From: a virus
Taxonomy: Duplodnaviria; Caudoviricetes
Virus record (IMG/VR): IMGVR_UViG_3300036794_000053
Coordinates: 42,198 to 106,197 of that record
DNA length: 64,000 nucleotides
Direction: 5' to 3' (one strand)
A model generated the notes under the pieces. That model was not told the origin of the DNA and did no database searches. It worked only from the letters and a program-made list of their open reading frames with translations. The position numbers were made by a program, and so were the translations under genes. Numbering within the stretch: the first letter of the stretch is position 1; every line of letters begins with the position of its first letter. This document shows positions 1-9,716 of the stretch, in pieces.

Positions 1-348
1 CTCCCGTGACAATGTCACGTGCCGTGAGCTCGGCGTGGTGGGTACCTTTGGGTAGGTCCATGATCTTTCCTCTCGCTTGGGTCGTGACTTGTTTACACTG
101 CCCAAGCGGGTCGAGCCAAGGTATCGGCCGGCTCGACCCGCCTCACTTACCCTTCCGTGGGTGCGGTGGCAACGCTCGCGCCTTGGTGAGCTGGGCTTCT
201 AGCCCGCACCGCTTGCACTCCCCCATCACCACCGACCCGGTCAGTGTCTTGACGAGCCGGACGTTGATTGCCTTGGTATACGAGCCGAAGCAATCCATAC
301 CACCTTTCCTTTCTGTTCGTTTCTCTCCCGAAAGGGGGCTAAATTAAA

Positions 349-834
349 ATGGCTAAGTCGACTCGCCACACCTTCAGGACCAGCCCGCAAGCTATTGCGC
401 GGCGTGAGCGTGACATGAAGTGCGTCGAGATGCGCCGGTCTGAGATTGATTGGGACACGATCGCCGAGAAGCTCGGCTATGGATGTAAGCAGTCCGCGCA
501 TTCCGCTTTTATCCGGTTCATGAGGGAATATCCGCGGGATGATGTCGAGCAGATGCGTGATCTTGAGCTCGATAAGATTGAACGTAAGTGTCTCCAGTTG
601 GAGCCGGAGTGTGCGAAGGGTAACCCTCGGGCGATCGAGGTGTGGAATAAGCTGTCTGAGCGGCGGTCTAGGTTGTGTGGTTGGGATAAGCCGGAGCGTC
701 GTGAGGTTCATGTTCTGTCGGCGGATACGGTGAATTTGGCGATTGAGAAGTTGAGTTTGGAGTTGAACGCGAAGGCCGCGGCGAATGATCTTGATCTGTC
801 GCAGCTGGTGATCGAGGGCGAGCTGGTCGAGTAG
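349..834 (+). CDS. Probable terminase small subunit (N-terminal HTH)
   Basis: HTH-like 'MRRSEIDWDTIAEKLGY..SAHSAF' followed by helical 'RDLELDKIE...GNPRAIEVWNKLSERRSRLCGWDKP', a pattern typical of actinophage TerS/HTH proteins. Confidence 0.6.
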   Translation: MAKSTRHTFRTSPQAIARRERDMKCVEMRRSEIDWDTIAEKLGYGCKQSAHSAFIRFMREYPRDDVEQMRDLELDKIERKCLQLEPECAKGNPRAIEVWNKLSERRSRLCGWDKPERREVHVLSADTVNLAIEKLSLELNAKAAANDLDLSQLVIEGELVE

Positions 835-878
835 CCACACGTGTGCCGCCTGTTGCTGTCGGGTAGGGTGAGTCTTGC

Positions 879-1091
879 GTGACTCACCCTACCTTGGGAG
901 CAACAGTGCAGCGTAAGAGCGAGATCGTTGACGACAACCTGCTCACCGTGCAGGAAGTCGCCGACGAGCTACGCATCTCAAAGATGACCGTCTACCGCCT
1001 GTGCCACAACGGCGAGCTGCTGTTCTACAAGGTCGGGAAGAGTTTCCGGATCACCGAGGGCTCGGTCCGGGCGTTCCTCAAGATCGACTGA
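879..1091 (+). CDS. Excisionase-like (HTH_17) DNA-binding protein
   Basis: 'LLTVQEVADELRISKMTVYRLCHNGEL...KVGKSFRI' is the classic Xis/MerR-like HTH. Confidence 0.85.
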   Translation: MTHPTLGATVQRKSEIVDDNLLTVQEVADELRISKMTVYRLCHNGELLFYKVGKSFRITEGSVRAFLKID

Positions 1092-1302
1092 CGTACTGGT
1101 CCTGGTGCGACTCGATGCCCGGCACCCACACATGCCAGGACCGTGACGGCGCGCAGTAGTAGGCGGCGAGCCTGCCACTACGGGCCATGTTCGCCGCTCC
1201 CTGCTCGGGCAGCATCCGCCGATGGCACCTCGGACACTTCGGGCAATCAGTCAGGTTCACTCCGTGCCACTCCCTCCGCACGCTGGGCATGTCGTCTTGC
1301 AC
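1078..1302 (-). CDS. Small Cys-rich hypothetical protein
   Basis: CPKCPRC and C..H residues suggest a Zn ribbon; start uncertain. Confidence 0.4.
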   Translation of the reverse strand: MQDDMPSVRREWHGVNLTDCPKCPRCHRRMLPEQGAANMARSGRLAAYYCAPSRSWHVWVPGIESHQDQYVSRS

Positions 1303-1476
1303 GGCTCAACCGAGTCGGTGTCGCGGTTGAGGGTAGCCTGCCACACCTCGCGTGTTCTACGAGTCGGAGACCTACGACCCGGAAGCTGGCGAGTCGGTCC
1401 ATGTGTGCACGATCCCGGGCGACTGGGACGCCTACCGCACAATCAGCCAAACGATCATTGATCATGGGGAGCCACA

Positions 1477-1875
1477 GTGAGCACCTTCGTTACGATTTCT
1501 ACCTCCCGTACGAACGCCGACTACTATGGCCAAACCAGCCACACTTCCCTGGAAGAAGCTGAAGAGGCCGCACGCGTCGTGATCCGTGCGCGTCTGGCCG
1601 ACTCAGCCGCCGTGTGGCCCGGCACCATGTTCGAACCGACTGCCGTGTGGCCTGACGTCGTTTCAGCGCCGATCAGCTACTTCGGTTACTGGCGTACCCC
1701 GTTCCCCTGGGCCGGTATCGATGACCGCCTACCGGAGCAACGTCTGACGGCCAGCGACGCCCACATGTTTGATGAACACGGCGAGCCACTTGAGGTGTTC
1801 ACCGACCAGGGGCAGTGGGAAGTCGCGTATAAGGCCAAGACACCACGCGCAACGACACCAGCCACACCCGAGTGA
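1477..1875 (+). CDS. Hypothetical protein
   Basis: GGGAG RBS before GTG; protein-like composition. Confidence 0.55.
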   Translation: MSTFVTISTSRTNADYYGQTSHTSLEEAEEAARVVIRARLADSAAVWPGTMFEPTAVWPDVVSAPISYFGYWRTPFPWAGIDDRLPEQRLTASDAHMFDEHGEPLEVFTDQGQWEVAYKAKTPRATTPATPE

Positions 1876-2041
1876 TGAGCATGACTGAAATTGACCAACG
1901 TCTCGACTGGGACGATCTCGGCTACAGCGCCGTTCCGGAGGTTCACTCCCACTACGTCCGCCGCATGCGCGGCAGGGGGTCGAGTGCTCGGCTGGTTCGG
2001 GTTGCGGGGTGGTTTTCTTCGCGGTGTCCCACGCCGCTTTG

Positions 2042-2365
2042 TCACGGTTGCCCATGATCTTCTCCCTTGATGTACGCGATTGCGCGGTCGATGTTGATCA
2101 TGCGCATGTTCATGATCCCGGGCGTGGCCCACTCGATGTGCCACGCCTGGCCGTCCGCTTCGAGGTTGAGGTACCGCCGGGTCTCGCGGTGTTTGTACTG
2201 GTAGATGACCCGTGTCTCGTGGGCGAGCCGGGTCATGTACATCAGATGGCCCACCAGCTGGGGTACGTACTCCAGGGCTGGCCGCCAGTTAGGCTCAGGG
2301 GTGCCGTAGTCCGGCGCCTCCCAGACCCACACATTGGCGAACTGGTCGAGAGCCTTGCCGTCCAT
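2042..2365 (-). CDS. Hypothetical phage protein
   Basis: ATG with GAGAGGG RBS; 'YQYKHRETRRYLNL' stretch. Confidence 0.65.
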   Translation of the reverse strand: MDGKALDQFANVWVWEAPDYGTPEPNWRPALEYVPQLVGHLMYMTRLAHETRVIYQYKHRETRRYLNLEADGQAWHIEWATPGIMNMRMINIDRAIAYIKGEDHGQP

Positions 2366-2833
2366 GATTTCCCTCTCGATTGGTGGTGCTGGCCCGGCGG
2401 GTTCGGCGCCCGGCGGGTGCGTCAGCGGCCAGGCCAGCACCAGGCATTCAGAACCGTACGGCGAGCGCAAACAGTAGTGCGCACACCAGGATGAGCAGCC
2501 ACACGCTCACCCCTCACACCTCGTCGAATGCACCGCGTCCGCCCAGTTGGGCACCACCTCATCCTCGTCCGGCAGGTCATCCAACGATCGCCGGCAACAT
2601 TCCGTTATCACCTCCTCGGCATTCCAATCCGTGATCAAGGTGGACCACTGGCTTGATCATCTTGTCTGCTCCCCTTTATCCGAGGTCCAGTTCGTATCGG
2701 TATGGCCGGTGCGGAACCGGCCGCTGGTAGGGCAGCTGCCGGTTCACCGGCCGCCGAGTAACGACGGGTGGGGTGGACAGTAGCCGGCGCAGCTGCCGCC
2801 GCCACAGGTAAAGTCGGAACCGCCAGCGATTCA

Positions 2834-3508
2834 TCACTCACCTTCCTTGAGTACGGTGCCGATCGCCTCGGCGACCATGCAGCCCTGCGCCCACGGCAGC
2901 CGCACCGTGATTTCCACGGTGTCGTCGTAGTAGGACTTGACCTTGCCGCCGTGGTCGTAGCTGCCGAAGCTGACCTCCGGCTTGTGGCTGTCGCGGTCCC
3001 ACCTGTCGCGGCGTACCTCGCCGTTGAGCAGGCCGGCGATCTTGTCCATGAACCGGTCGAGCCGCGCCGCCGTGTCGTCACTGTCCTGTTTGCGTGCGGC
3101 CAAGCTGGCCACCATGTCGGCCAGCCCGGGCAGTAGGCGGCGGGTGATGTCCTTCGCCGCGGCCGTGGCCGTCTTCTCGTCCGACACGGTGATCGACTTG
3201 TTGCTGCTCTCTTGGTACCGCTCGTGCTTGGTCAGTTCGCGCTCGATGCTCCAGGCGATCGCCACGCGGCCGGCGAGCTGGTAGCCACCCATCCGTACGT
3301 GTAGCTTCTGTCCGTCCGGGCCGGTCAGGTGCGCGTCTTCACCGTTGGACCAATGCCCGGGTGTGGCCGACCAGTCCTCGCCGAGCTCGGCGGCGACTTC
3401 CTTGGCCCAGGTAATAGCTTTGCCGTTCATTTTGATGAACCTCTCCATGTGTGTTTTCTCGTCGGCGAGCACGCCAGCGAGCCGCAGAGCGATTGTGTTC
3501 TGGCTCAC
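2834..3508 (-). CDS. Hypothetical protein
   Basis: 224-aa ORF with GGAG RBS, in the leftward operon. Confidence 0.75.
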   Translation of the reverse strand: MSQNTIALRLAGVLADEKTHMERFIKMNGKAITWAKEVAAELGEDWSATPGHWSNGEDAHLTGPDGQKLHVRMGGYQLAGRVAIAWSIERELTKHERYQESSNKSITVSDEKTATAAAKDITRRLLPGLADMVASLAARKQDSDDTAARLDRFMDKIAGLLNGEVRRDRWDRDSHKPEVSFGSYDHGGKVKSYYDDTVEITVRLPWAQGCMVAEAIGTVLKEGE

Positions 3509-3579
3509 TTGCTTCTCCGTTCAGTGCTGCCAATGCACACCGCCAGGTAATGGGCTGGCGGCGACACAAGCGGTACTGC

Positions 3580-3696
3580 TCAGTCCTCGGCTAACTCCAG
3601 GCAGTCCTCGCAGTAGCCGTTAAAGTCGCAGTCCTGATCTGACTGGCCGTCGCAGTCGATCTCTTCTTTACAGCTGCGGCATTGGTGGGTGTGCAT
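3580..3696 (-). CDS. 38-aa acidic Cys-rich peptide (below the ORF-track cutoff)
   Basis: Hand translation MHTHQCRSCKEEIDCDGQSDQDCDFNGYCEDCLELAED; its ATG overlaps the upstream stop (TGATG). Confidence 0.6.
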   Translation of the reverse strand: MHTHQCRSCKEEIDCDGQSDQDCDFNGYCEDCLELAED

Positions 3697-4052
3697 CACT
3701 CGACGCCTTTCTTGGCGAGTAGTTTCCACGGCTCGCCGGTGATGTTGTTCGGGTACAACGGGTACCCGTGCCGCCGGTGATCTTCGAGGTGGCTAGGCGC
3801 GAGGTATACGGCGCTGACATTCTTACGCCCGACTTTCCACACCCGCGCCGCACGGATTCGCTGGTGAGCGTAGATAGCGACGAGGTCACCCACTTCTACC
3901 TCGCCGGCTTTCATGTCCTCGGCGGTGATCTGAGACCCGCGGCCGGTGGTCGTGTCCATCACGCCCCACTCGTTCAGGTCGGTGACGCACCGCTTGACCA
4001 GCTCGTCACGTGTCATGCCTAGGCTTTTCATTGCGTCGTCGAGACTCATCAT
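3696..4052 (-). CDS. Hypothetical protein
   Basis: ATG after AAAGGGA; coupled to the downstream small ORF. Confidence 0.65.
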   Translation of the reverse strand: MMSLDDAMKSLGMTRDELVKRCVTDLNEWGVMDTTTGRGSQITAEDMKAGEVEVGDLVAIYAHQRIRAARVWKVGRKNVSAVYLAPSHLEDHRRHGYPLYPNNITGEPWKLLAKKGVE

Positions 4053-4116
4053 GTCCCTTTCTTTTGTTGAGTAACCCATAGGACACACACCCCCGATGTG
4101 TGCCCGCGTGCATCAC

Positions 4117-4731
4117 TCACCCTTCCCCGTACAGGTTGACTATCTGGTTGATCCGAGCCGACGGTGACATCTTTCGCAAATACACCGCCGTGGTATTTAG
4201 ATGCGTATGCCCGAGCTGCTCCTGAATGTTCGTCATCACCACACCGTTGCGTTCCAACTCGCACGCATGCCAGTGCCGTAGCGCGTGCGGGTGCACACGG
4301 TGTTCGATACCAGCCCGAGCCGCGGTGTCCGCCACTATCTGACGTATCTGCCGGTCACCCAATGCGTGGCCGCGGGCGCCGCGCCATAGCCCACACATCA
4401 GCACCGGCCCGCGAATCCCGAGCACCTTACGGGCGTCCCGCCACCGGGCAACGTGCAACAGTTGCGGCGCAAGACAGCCGGCGATCCTGGCTTTGTCTCC
4501 CTTTCCGTGCAGCACGTGGATTGAACCGCGTTCTAGGTTGACGTTGCCGGGGCTGAGCGCGGTGACCTCGGAGTTGCGGAGGCCGGCGCCGAGCATGGCG
4601 GCGATGATCGCCCGGTTCCGCATGGCGGTGGGTGTGTCGTTGGATCGCACGGTGAGTAGCGCGTGCGCTTCGTCGTTAGTGATCTCTTCGTAGGGGAATG
4701 TCTTGTCTTTATGGGTGGGCGGCGCGGTCAT
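4117..4731 (-). CDS. Tyrosine recombinase, catalytic domain only
   Basis: R (GLRNSE), K (HGKGDK), HxxR (HALRH), H (QLGH), Y (TTAVY); ~204 aa with no N-terminal core-binding domain. Confidence 0.9.
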   Translation of the reverse strand: MTAPPTHKDKTFPYEEITNDEAHALLTVRSNDTPTAMRNRAIIAAMLGAGLRNSEVTALSPGNVNLERGSIHVLHGKGDKARIAGCLAPQLLHVARWRDARKVLGIRGPVLMCGLWRGARGHALGDRQIRQIVADTAARAGIEHRVHPHALRHWHACELERNGVVMTNIQEQLGHTHLNTTAVYLRKMSPSARINQIVNLYGEG

Positions 4732-4816
4732 GGTGTGTCCTCTCCATTGTTGCAACGCTGTGAGTTACACTGATCGAAAGCACAATTGTTCTTGTGTCGC
4801 TGCGCTTTCGAACTAG

Positions 4817-5392
4817 CTACTCGGTCCCCTTCCACGCCACCCACGTCACGGCTTGCACGGTGGATGGAATCTCGCCGAGTCGGCGCGCGGCTTCCCGATA
4901 GGCGTGCGCCAGGGTGGCGTACCTCCGCTTGGCGGATAGGCCGCGGTCGCGTTCGCCGTATCGTTCGCCGGCGACGATGTCGTGTGCGTGCCGGTCGATC
5001 ACTACCGGGTCGGCATCTTCGGGATCGATGATCGCTTTGAAGAAGTTCCACGTCTTGGAATCTTCGGGCAGCACAGACAGCGGTTCTCCACCCGCCATGA
5101 TTCGCTCGGCTTTGTCGAGTGCGTTACGGAAGTGGCCCCTCGCCTCCTGATACGTGAACGTCTCCCGGGCCAGCTTGACGTTCGCCTCCCATGTTTTCTG
5201 CGGGCTGAGCGCGGCGATCACGCCGGCACCCGCGCGGGTATTCCCCTCGGCTAGCAGGGTGGCTACCTCGTTAGCCGTGCGATACCAAGCGCGACCGCGT
5301 GCTACCTGGTCGGCGGTGGCGCCTCGCCATACCGCGATGATGTTCGACACGTACTTTTCGTGGGCCGTATCGTCCGCTGTGGTCGGCAACAT
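4817..5392 (-). CDS. Phage protein with DNA-glycosylase-like motifs (DUF7178-like)
   Basis: 'GRAWY', 'GVIAALSPQKTW', 'KTWNFF', 'VVIDRHA', 'VQAVTW'. Confidence 0.6.
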   Translation of the reverse strand: MLPTTADDTAHEKYVSNIIAVWRGATADQVARGRAWYRTANEVATLLAEGNTRAGAGVIAALSPQKTWEANVKLARETFTYQEARGHFRNALDKAERIMAGGEPLSVLPEDSKTWNFFKAIIDPEDADPVVIDRHAHDIVAGERYGERDRGLSAKRRYATLAHAYREAARRLGEIPSTVQAVTWVAWKGTE

Positions 5393-5607
5393 CAGGCCAC
5401 CACATACAGCGTGTCGTCCCAGATACGGCCCACCGTGTGCTGCTCCGCCGGTATCCGCGCCTGCCACGTGTGCTGTTCCATGCGGCGCACCGTGCGCCAC
5501 GGCTCAGCAATGGACGGGGCCACGTACATGGTGCCGTCGGCGGCAATGTAGGCGGGCCGCCAGCCGTTACGGATACGGACACGGCCGTAGGTATTCGCGG
5601 TGTTCAT
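5392..5607 (-). CDS. Hypothetical protein
   Basis: GAGAGGG RBS; stop overlaps the next start. Confidence 0.65.
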   Translation of the reverse strand: MNTANTYGRVRIRNGWRPAYIAADGTMYVAPSIAEPWRTVRRMEQHTWQARIPAEQHTVGRIWDDTLYVVA

Positions 5608-5687
5608 TGTTGTTTCCCTCTCCCTTTGTGATCAGTGTTGGTAGCGCCGCCGCTAGGACTCTGCACCTAGCGGGACGCAAACGACAC

Positions 5688-6491
5688 TCACCCCAACTTC
5701 CGAGCCCGGTATCCTTCCACTACTTCGGCCATGAGTTCAGCGGACCACAGTGCCATTGCCGCTGTTTGTCCGTCGTCTCGATTGTCCGGTTCGTAGCGGT
5801 AGCACTGGCATCCGTATAGCCAGTCCTCACCGCAGTCAACGCACGTGTGGCACACAGCGCAGCGGTCCACGTCCTTAGCTAAGGGTGTGCCGCATGCGAG
5901 GCACTCACGCGGGAACGTGACCAGCGGTAGGTATTGGTAGTCGCTGTTTGAATACCACGCCCCGTCATCCCACATACCAGAGCTCTCGTTAATGATGTAG
6001 GACTGTGCCCCGTAGGCAGGGTTCACTGTCAGGATGACGAGTTTGTTCCACTTGCCTATGTACTTGCCTAGTCGGTCACGGCTGGCCCGTTCGGATAGGT
6101 GTCCGAACCCGTCGCCTATCCATTCTTCGGCGGCGTAGCGGGTGTCGCAACGGCGGTCCTTCTTACCGGGTTGCGCACTGGCGGGCATGATTCCGTTGTG
6201 TGCGACCACGGTGCGCCGGTCACCGCGCAAGCGGAACGGGTGACAGTTGTACCTAGAATAGGTGCCGCCGGTGCCTAGCCGCGAGTGAAATAACGCTGGG
6301 CCGTCCGGGTGCCGGTTACGGGCCACGTCGAACCGTTCGATTACTTGTTCCGCGTTCATGCCGTGACCGACCATTAGGTGCCGGCCGGTCACGATGGCAT
6401 AGCCGAACCCGTCCGGGTTGAATTCGGCGCCCGTGTACAGCGCGTCAACGTCCGGACGGATTCCGCCAGGGTAGAAACTCAAGAGGCACAT
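5688..6491 (-). CDS. Class II (Ntn) glutamine amidotransferase
   Basis: N-terminal Cys2 (MCLL), 'NPDGFG', 'LFHSRLGT', 'NCHPF', 'VAHNGI', 'DT'. Confidence 0.9.
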   Translation of the reverse strand: MCLLSFYPGGIRPDVDALYTGAEFNPDGFGYAIVTGRHLMVGHGMNAEQVIERFDVARNRHPDGPALFHSRLGTGGTYSRYNCHPFRLRGDRRTVVAHNGIMPASAQPGKKDRRCDTRYAAEEWIGDGFGHLSERASRDRLGKYIGKWNKLVILTVNPAYGAQSYIINESSGMWDDGAWYSNSDYQYLPLVTFPRECLACGTPLAKDVDRCAVCHTCVDCGEDWLYGCQCYRYEPDNRDDGQTAAMALWSAELMAEVVEGYRARKLG

Positions 6492-7660
6492 ACGGTCATC
6501 TCCTCCGATAGCGCGGAGTACTCCGGCCGTGCGTCAACCCACGTGCGGAACGCGTCCCATGTCCAGCCACCGGCCAGGATCACGGGCACGGTGAGATGAC
6601 GGGTGTACTCCACCGACGCCGCCACTAGATCTAGCGCGGCCCGTACCTCTTGAGTGTCGAGTGACGCGGCGAATACCCGTACCTCAAACGTTGCCCAATT
6701 CTGGACGTTGATAGCGGAGTAGCGTTCTCCGTCGCGGTCGCCTTTAGCGGATGCTTTCAGATTGGGCCGTTTGGCGTGCGAGAATGACGCCCACTCGTAT
6801 GAGCGGCGGCGGGCGACACCTGACACCCCGTCCGCGTTACGGTAAATCAGCTGCATCCACCGGTAGACATGGGCCGGGCCGTCGAACGCGTCACGGTTAA
6901 CATGCACGTGCATGCCTGCCCCGTCCGCGTCCGCTCCGGCGCACCGTAGGTCACGCAGCATTGACCACGGGAAACTTTCGGATGCGTATTCGTGTGTCAT
7001 TGGGTGCGTGACAATCTCGAACCCGTCGGCTAGGGAGCAGTCTTCTTTCAGGTATCCGAGCTGCCCTAACTCCTGCGATGCGATCTGGGCGCACTGCCCG
7101 TCCGCATAGTTGAGTTCGAGTTCCATACCTAGGTAGACGCGCCCCTTCCCGTGGAATTCGGGGCGAGGCTTATACCCGTAGTTATTGAGATATGACTCGG
7201 CCGTGTCGTGGCAGTCGCTGCACCGCTCACCATGCTCCACCCACCGGGAGCAACCGTCGCACTGTGAGTAGCTCTCGTCACGGCAGTCGTCACACAGTTC
7301 GTTGCTGTATCCGGAGTATTCGGGGGCAACGTCAGTCAAGTCATAGTCATCTTCGGAGAAAAGATGGCACTGTTCGCAGCGGGCTACGGTGCACCCGAAA
7401 CAAACTTCACGGTTGTGAATGGTGGGATGGGTGGTCACGGTGCGTTCGTCGCATCGTTCGCACGTGGGTAGGTCTGCCGCGCATGTGTGGCAGACGGGCG
7501 TGCCATCTACCCATATACCGGTGGGCACGGTGAGGACGAGGTCTTCGTCGCGCCATGCCGTGTGGTACGGCATGAGCCACACGTCTGCGCATTGGGTACA
7601 GCGTTCGGCCCCGGGGACGCGTGCTGGGGGGGGAAACAGGGGTAGGGTGCTGCTAGTCAT
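6479..7660 (-). CDS. Amidoligase (COOH-NH2 ligase) with N-terminal Zn-finger repeats
   Basis: 'YLGMELE', 'KEDCSL..GFEIVTHP', 'GMHVHV', 'RYSAIN', 'TFEVRVF'; multiple CxxC pairs; AGGAG RBS before the ATG at 7660. Confidence 0.85.
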   Translation of the reverse strand: MTSSTLPLFPPPARVPGAERCTQCADVWLMPYHTAWRDEDLVLTVPTGIWVDGTPVCHTCAADLPTCERCDERTVTTHPTIHNREVCFGCTVARCEQCHLFSEDDYDLTDVAPEYSGYSNELCDDCRDESYSQCDGCSRWVEHGERCSDCHDTAESYLNNYGYKPRPEFHGKGRVYLGMELELNYADGQCAQIASQELGQLGYLKEDCSLADGFEIVTHPMTHEYASESFPWSMLRDLRCAGADADGAGMHVHVNRDAFDGPAHVYRWMQLIYRNADGVSGVARRRSYEWASFSHAKRPNLKASAKGDRDGERYSAINVQNWATFEVRVFAASLDTQEVRAALDLVAASVEYTRHLTVPVILAGGWTWDAFRTWVDARPEYSALSEEMTVCAS

Positions 7661-7790
7661 CGTGCTGGCTCCTGACCAGTCGGTGATTAGCGCCACGCCT
7701 AGGGCGGCAACCCTGGCGTGGCGCGTCTGTCCGTGCGGACAGTGACACCGCTGGTCTAGGTGACGAGCGGTCTCGTTATCCCACGGGCAG

Positions 7791-7840
7791 TGTCACAGTG
7801 TGACTCACGCGTGACAGACGCGTATCGTCACACTGTGACA
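7791..7840. repeat. Perfect 14-bp inverted repeat
   Basis: TGTCACAGTGTGAC (7791-7804) / GTCACACTGTGACA (7827-7840); the 22-nt spacer contains ACGCGT twice. Confidence 0.8.
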
Positions 7841-7849
7841 GCGGTTGTT

Positions 7850-8044
7850 TCATGCCAGTGACACTGCGAATTCGACGCGCAACAGATCACGGTGACCGGC
7901 TTCGATGAGCGCGGACACCCTGTCTTGCGCCGCTGCCCAACGGCTCACTGTGGTGGCCCGGTCACTCGGCCCAGCGGCACGGTAGGCGACATAGGCAGCA
8001 TCGGCCAGCGCGCGTGCCTGCATAAGCTCAGTTGAAATTGTCAC
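7850..8044 (-). CDS. Hypothetical protein
   Basis: GGAGGAG RBS before the GTG at 8044. Confidence 0.55.
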   Translation of the reverse strand: MTISTELMQARALADAAYVAYRAAGPSDRATTVSRWAAAQDRVSALIEAGHRDLLRVEFAVSLA

Positions 8045-8125
8045 GGTCTCTCCTCCGATCACGGTCACTGATAAGTCTGGAGACGCGCACCCATTGGATG
8101 CGCGACCCACACTTGACTCACTGGC

Positions 8126-9193
8126 CTACAGCCCTACCCACGGTGGGGTAGGCATGGTGAATTCCTTGTCCACGCAACGCAACACGTGATAGCCATGCTT
8201 GGTTAACACGCGGCCGCCGGACAGTCTCTTAATCAGGCGGGTACGCATGAGGTACGGTTCACGGTTGGTCACTGCGTCACTGTCCAAACACAGCATGTCT
8301 GCCAGGGCTTCGATGCCGATTGGACTGTCCTGCCCGGCCAGCCCGTCTTTAAGGATGCGCCGGTCTAGGGGGTCAAGGCCGAACTCATCGATCCCGAGCT
8401 GGGCCAGCGCCTTTTCAACGTCCGGGCCGGTCATCGCATCCAGATCGGCGACTTCGCCGAACCGTGCGACCCGCCGCAATATGGCGTTCGCTATCCGGGG
8501 CGTGCCCCTGCCAACCGCGGCTAGGTGGGCGTAACCCGCGTCGTCGAACGCGAACCCTTCGATCCCCGCGTACCGCCGGAGAATCTTCTCTATCTCGCCG
8601 GTCGAATAAAAGTCGAGCGACTCACGCACGGTGAACCTGTCAAGCAGCGGCCGCAACAACTGGCCAGGGTTCGTCGTGGCGCCGATGAGCACGAACGGGG
8701 CCAGCACAAACGGCTCTTTCGCCCCGGGCGGGGTGAACTCACCGTTTTCAAGCGCGTCAAGCCACAGTTGCTGACCCTTCTTACAAGCGGCGTGCGTCTC
8801 ATCGGACCACACAACCGCCGGACCCTCATCAGGCCCACCGATAGACGCGATAGCCGCGGCCGCTTCGCGTACGGTGCCCATAGACGTGGCTGGAATGACC
8901 ACTAGCCGCTTACCCAACACATCGGCGATACAAGCGGCTAGGGACGACTTCCCCAGACCAGCCGGACCCTCCAACAAGATGTGGTCTGGTAGCTCACCCC
9001 GCTTCGAAGCCGCGCGGCACTCCACAGTCAGATTAAAAACCACGTTCGACTGCCCGATAAAGCTATCCAACGCTTCAGGCCTAGCCGTACGGACCACCGG
9101 CGAAGCTCTCCGCTCCTCCGGCCCCACAACACGCAACACAGGAACGGGCCGGCCGATACGGTCAGCAACCGTCTGCATAAGCGGCGTACTCAT
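8126..9193 (-). CDS. ruvB: RuvB-like AAA+ ATPase
   Basis: 'RPEALDSFIGQ', Walker A GPAGLGKS, Walker B SDETH, 'FVLIGATT', 'PLLDRF', 'GTPRIAN', C-terminal 'GLDPLD...EPYL...GR'. Confidence 0.9.
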   Translation of the reverse strand: MSTPLMQTVADRIGRPVPVLRVVGPEERRASPVVRTARPEALDSFIGQSNVVFNLTVECRAASKRGELPDHILLEGPAGLGKSSLAACIADVLGKRLVVIPATSMGTVREAAAAIASIGGPDEGPAVVWSDETHAACKKGQQLWLDALENGEFTPPGAKEPFVLAPFVLIGATTNPGQLLRPLLDRFTVRESLDFYSTGEIEKILRRYAGIEGFAFDDAGYAHLAAVGRGTPRIANAILRRVARFGEVADLDAMTGPDVEKALAQLGIDEFGLDPLDRRILKDGLAGQDSPIGIEALADMLCLDSDAVTNREPYLMRTRLIKRLSGGRVLTKHGYHVLRCVDKEFTMPTPPWVGL

Positions 9194-9716
9194 AACCGCA
9201 CCTCCAAAAAAGTCGGAAAGATGACCGACCGTTCACCGCACGGTGACCGGCAACAGCCAACGGACAAGCCGTTGACTCTTGACAACCACCACAACAGCCA
9301 CACACAAACCAAACAGCAGACGAAAGTAAGCACCCGTTTACATAGGGGACTCGCGCGCCTTGTGATAACAGCCGTAGCAGGGTGCGACCAGCGAAAACGC
9401 CGCACTTTTTCATGATCAAATCGCTGACTACCGCTTCTCACTATTAGCGGTACTCAGCCAGGCCGAGCGGCGCCCCTCGGGGCGCCTGGCCACAAAAGCG
9501 GTACTCAGTGGGCACGGCTCAGCGCGCGCTACAAGCGCCTTTCGCCAGGGCCGGCCCGGATAATGTGTGCGCCCGTAACCCACGGGCGGGGGTAGCGCAC
9601 TCACCGCTCGACAGTGCCCACGTGCACCGATGTGCACGTCCTTAGGCACGGCACGGCCAACGCGCACCTATGTGCGCGACCTTAGGCCGCTCGTCTCTGC
9701 GATACTTGCGCTCGCT

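Noticed and set aside
70-330. Hairpin-rich region upstream of terS (12-bp stem at 106-141) as a possible ncRNA
   Set aside because: Could be a leader or terminator for a leftward gene starting at 61; no recognisable family motif
3575-3660. Repeated GCAGTC motifs that looked like a DNA repeat
   Set aside because: Explained by Asp-Cys codons of the small minus-strand ORF 3580-3696
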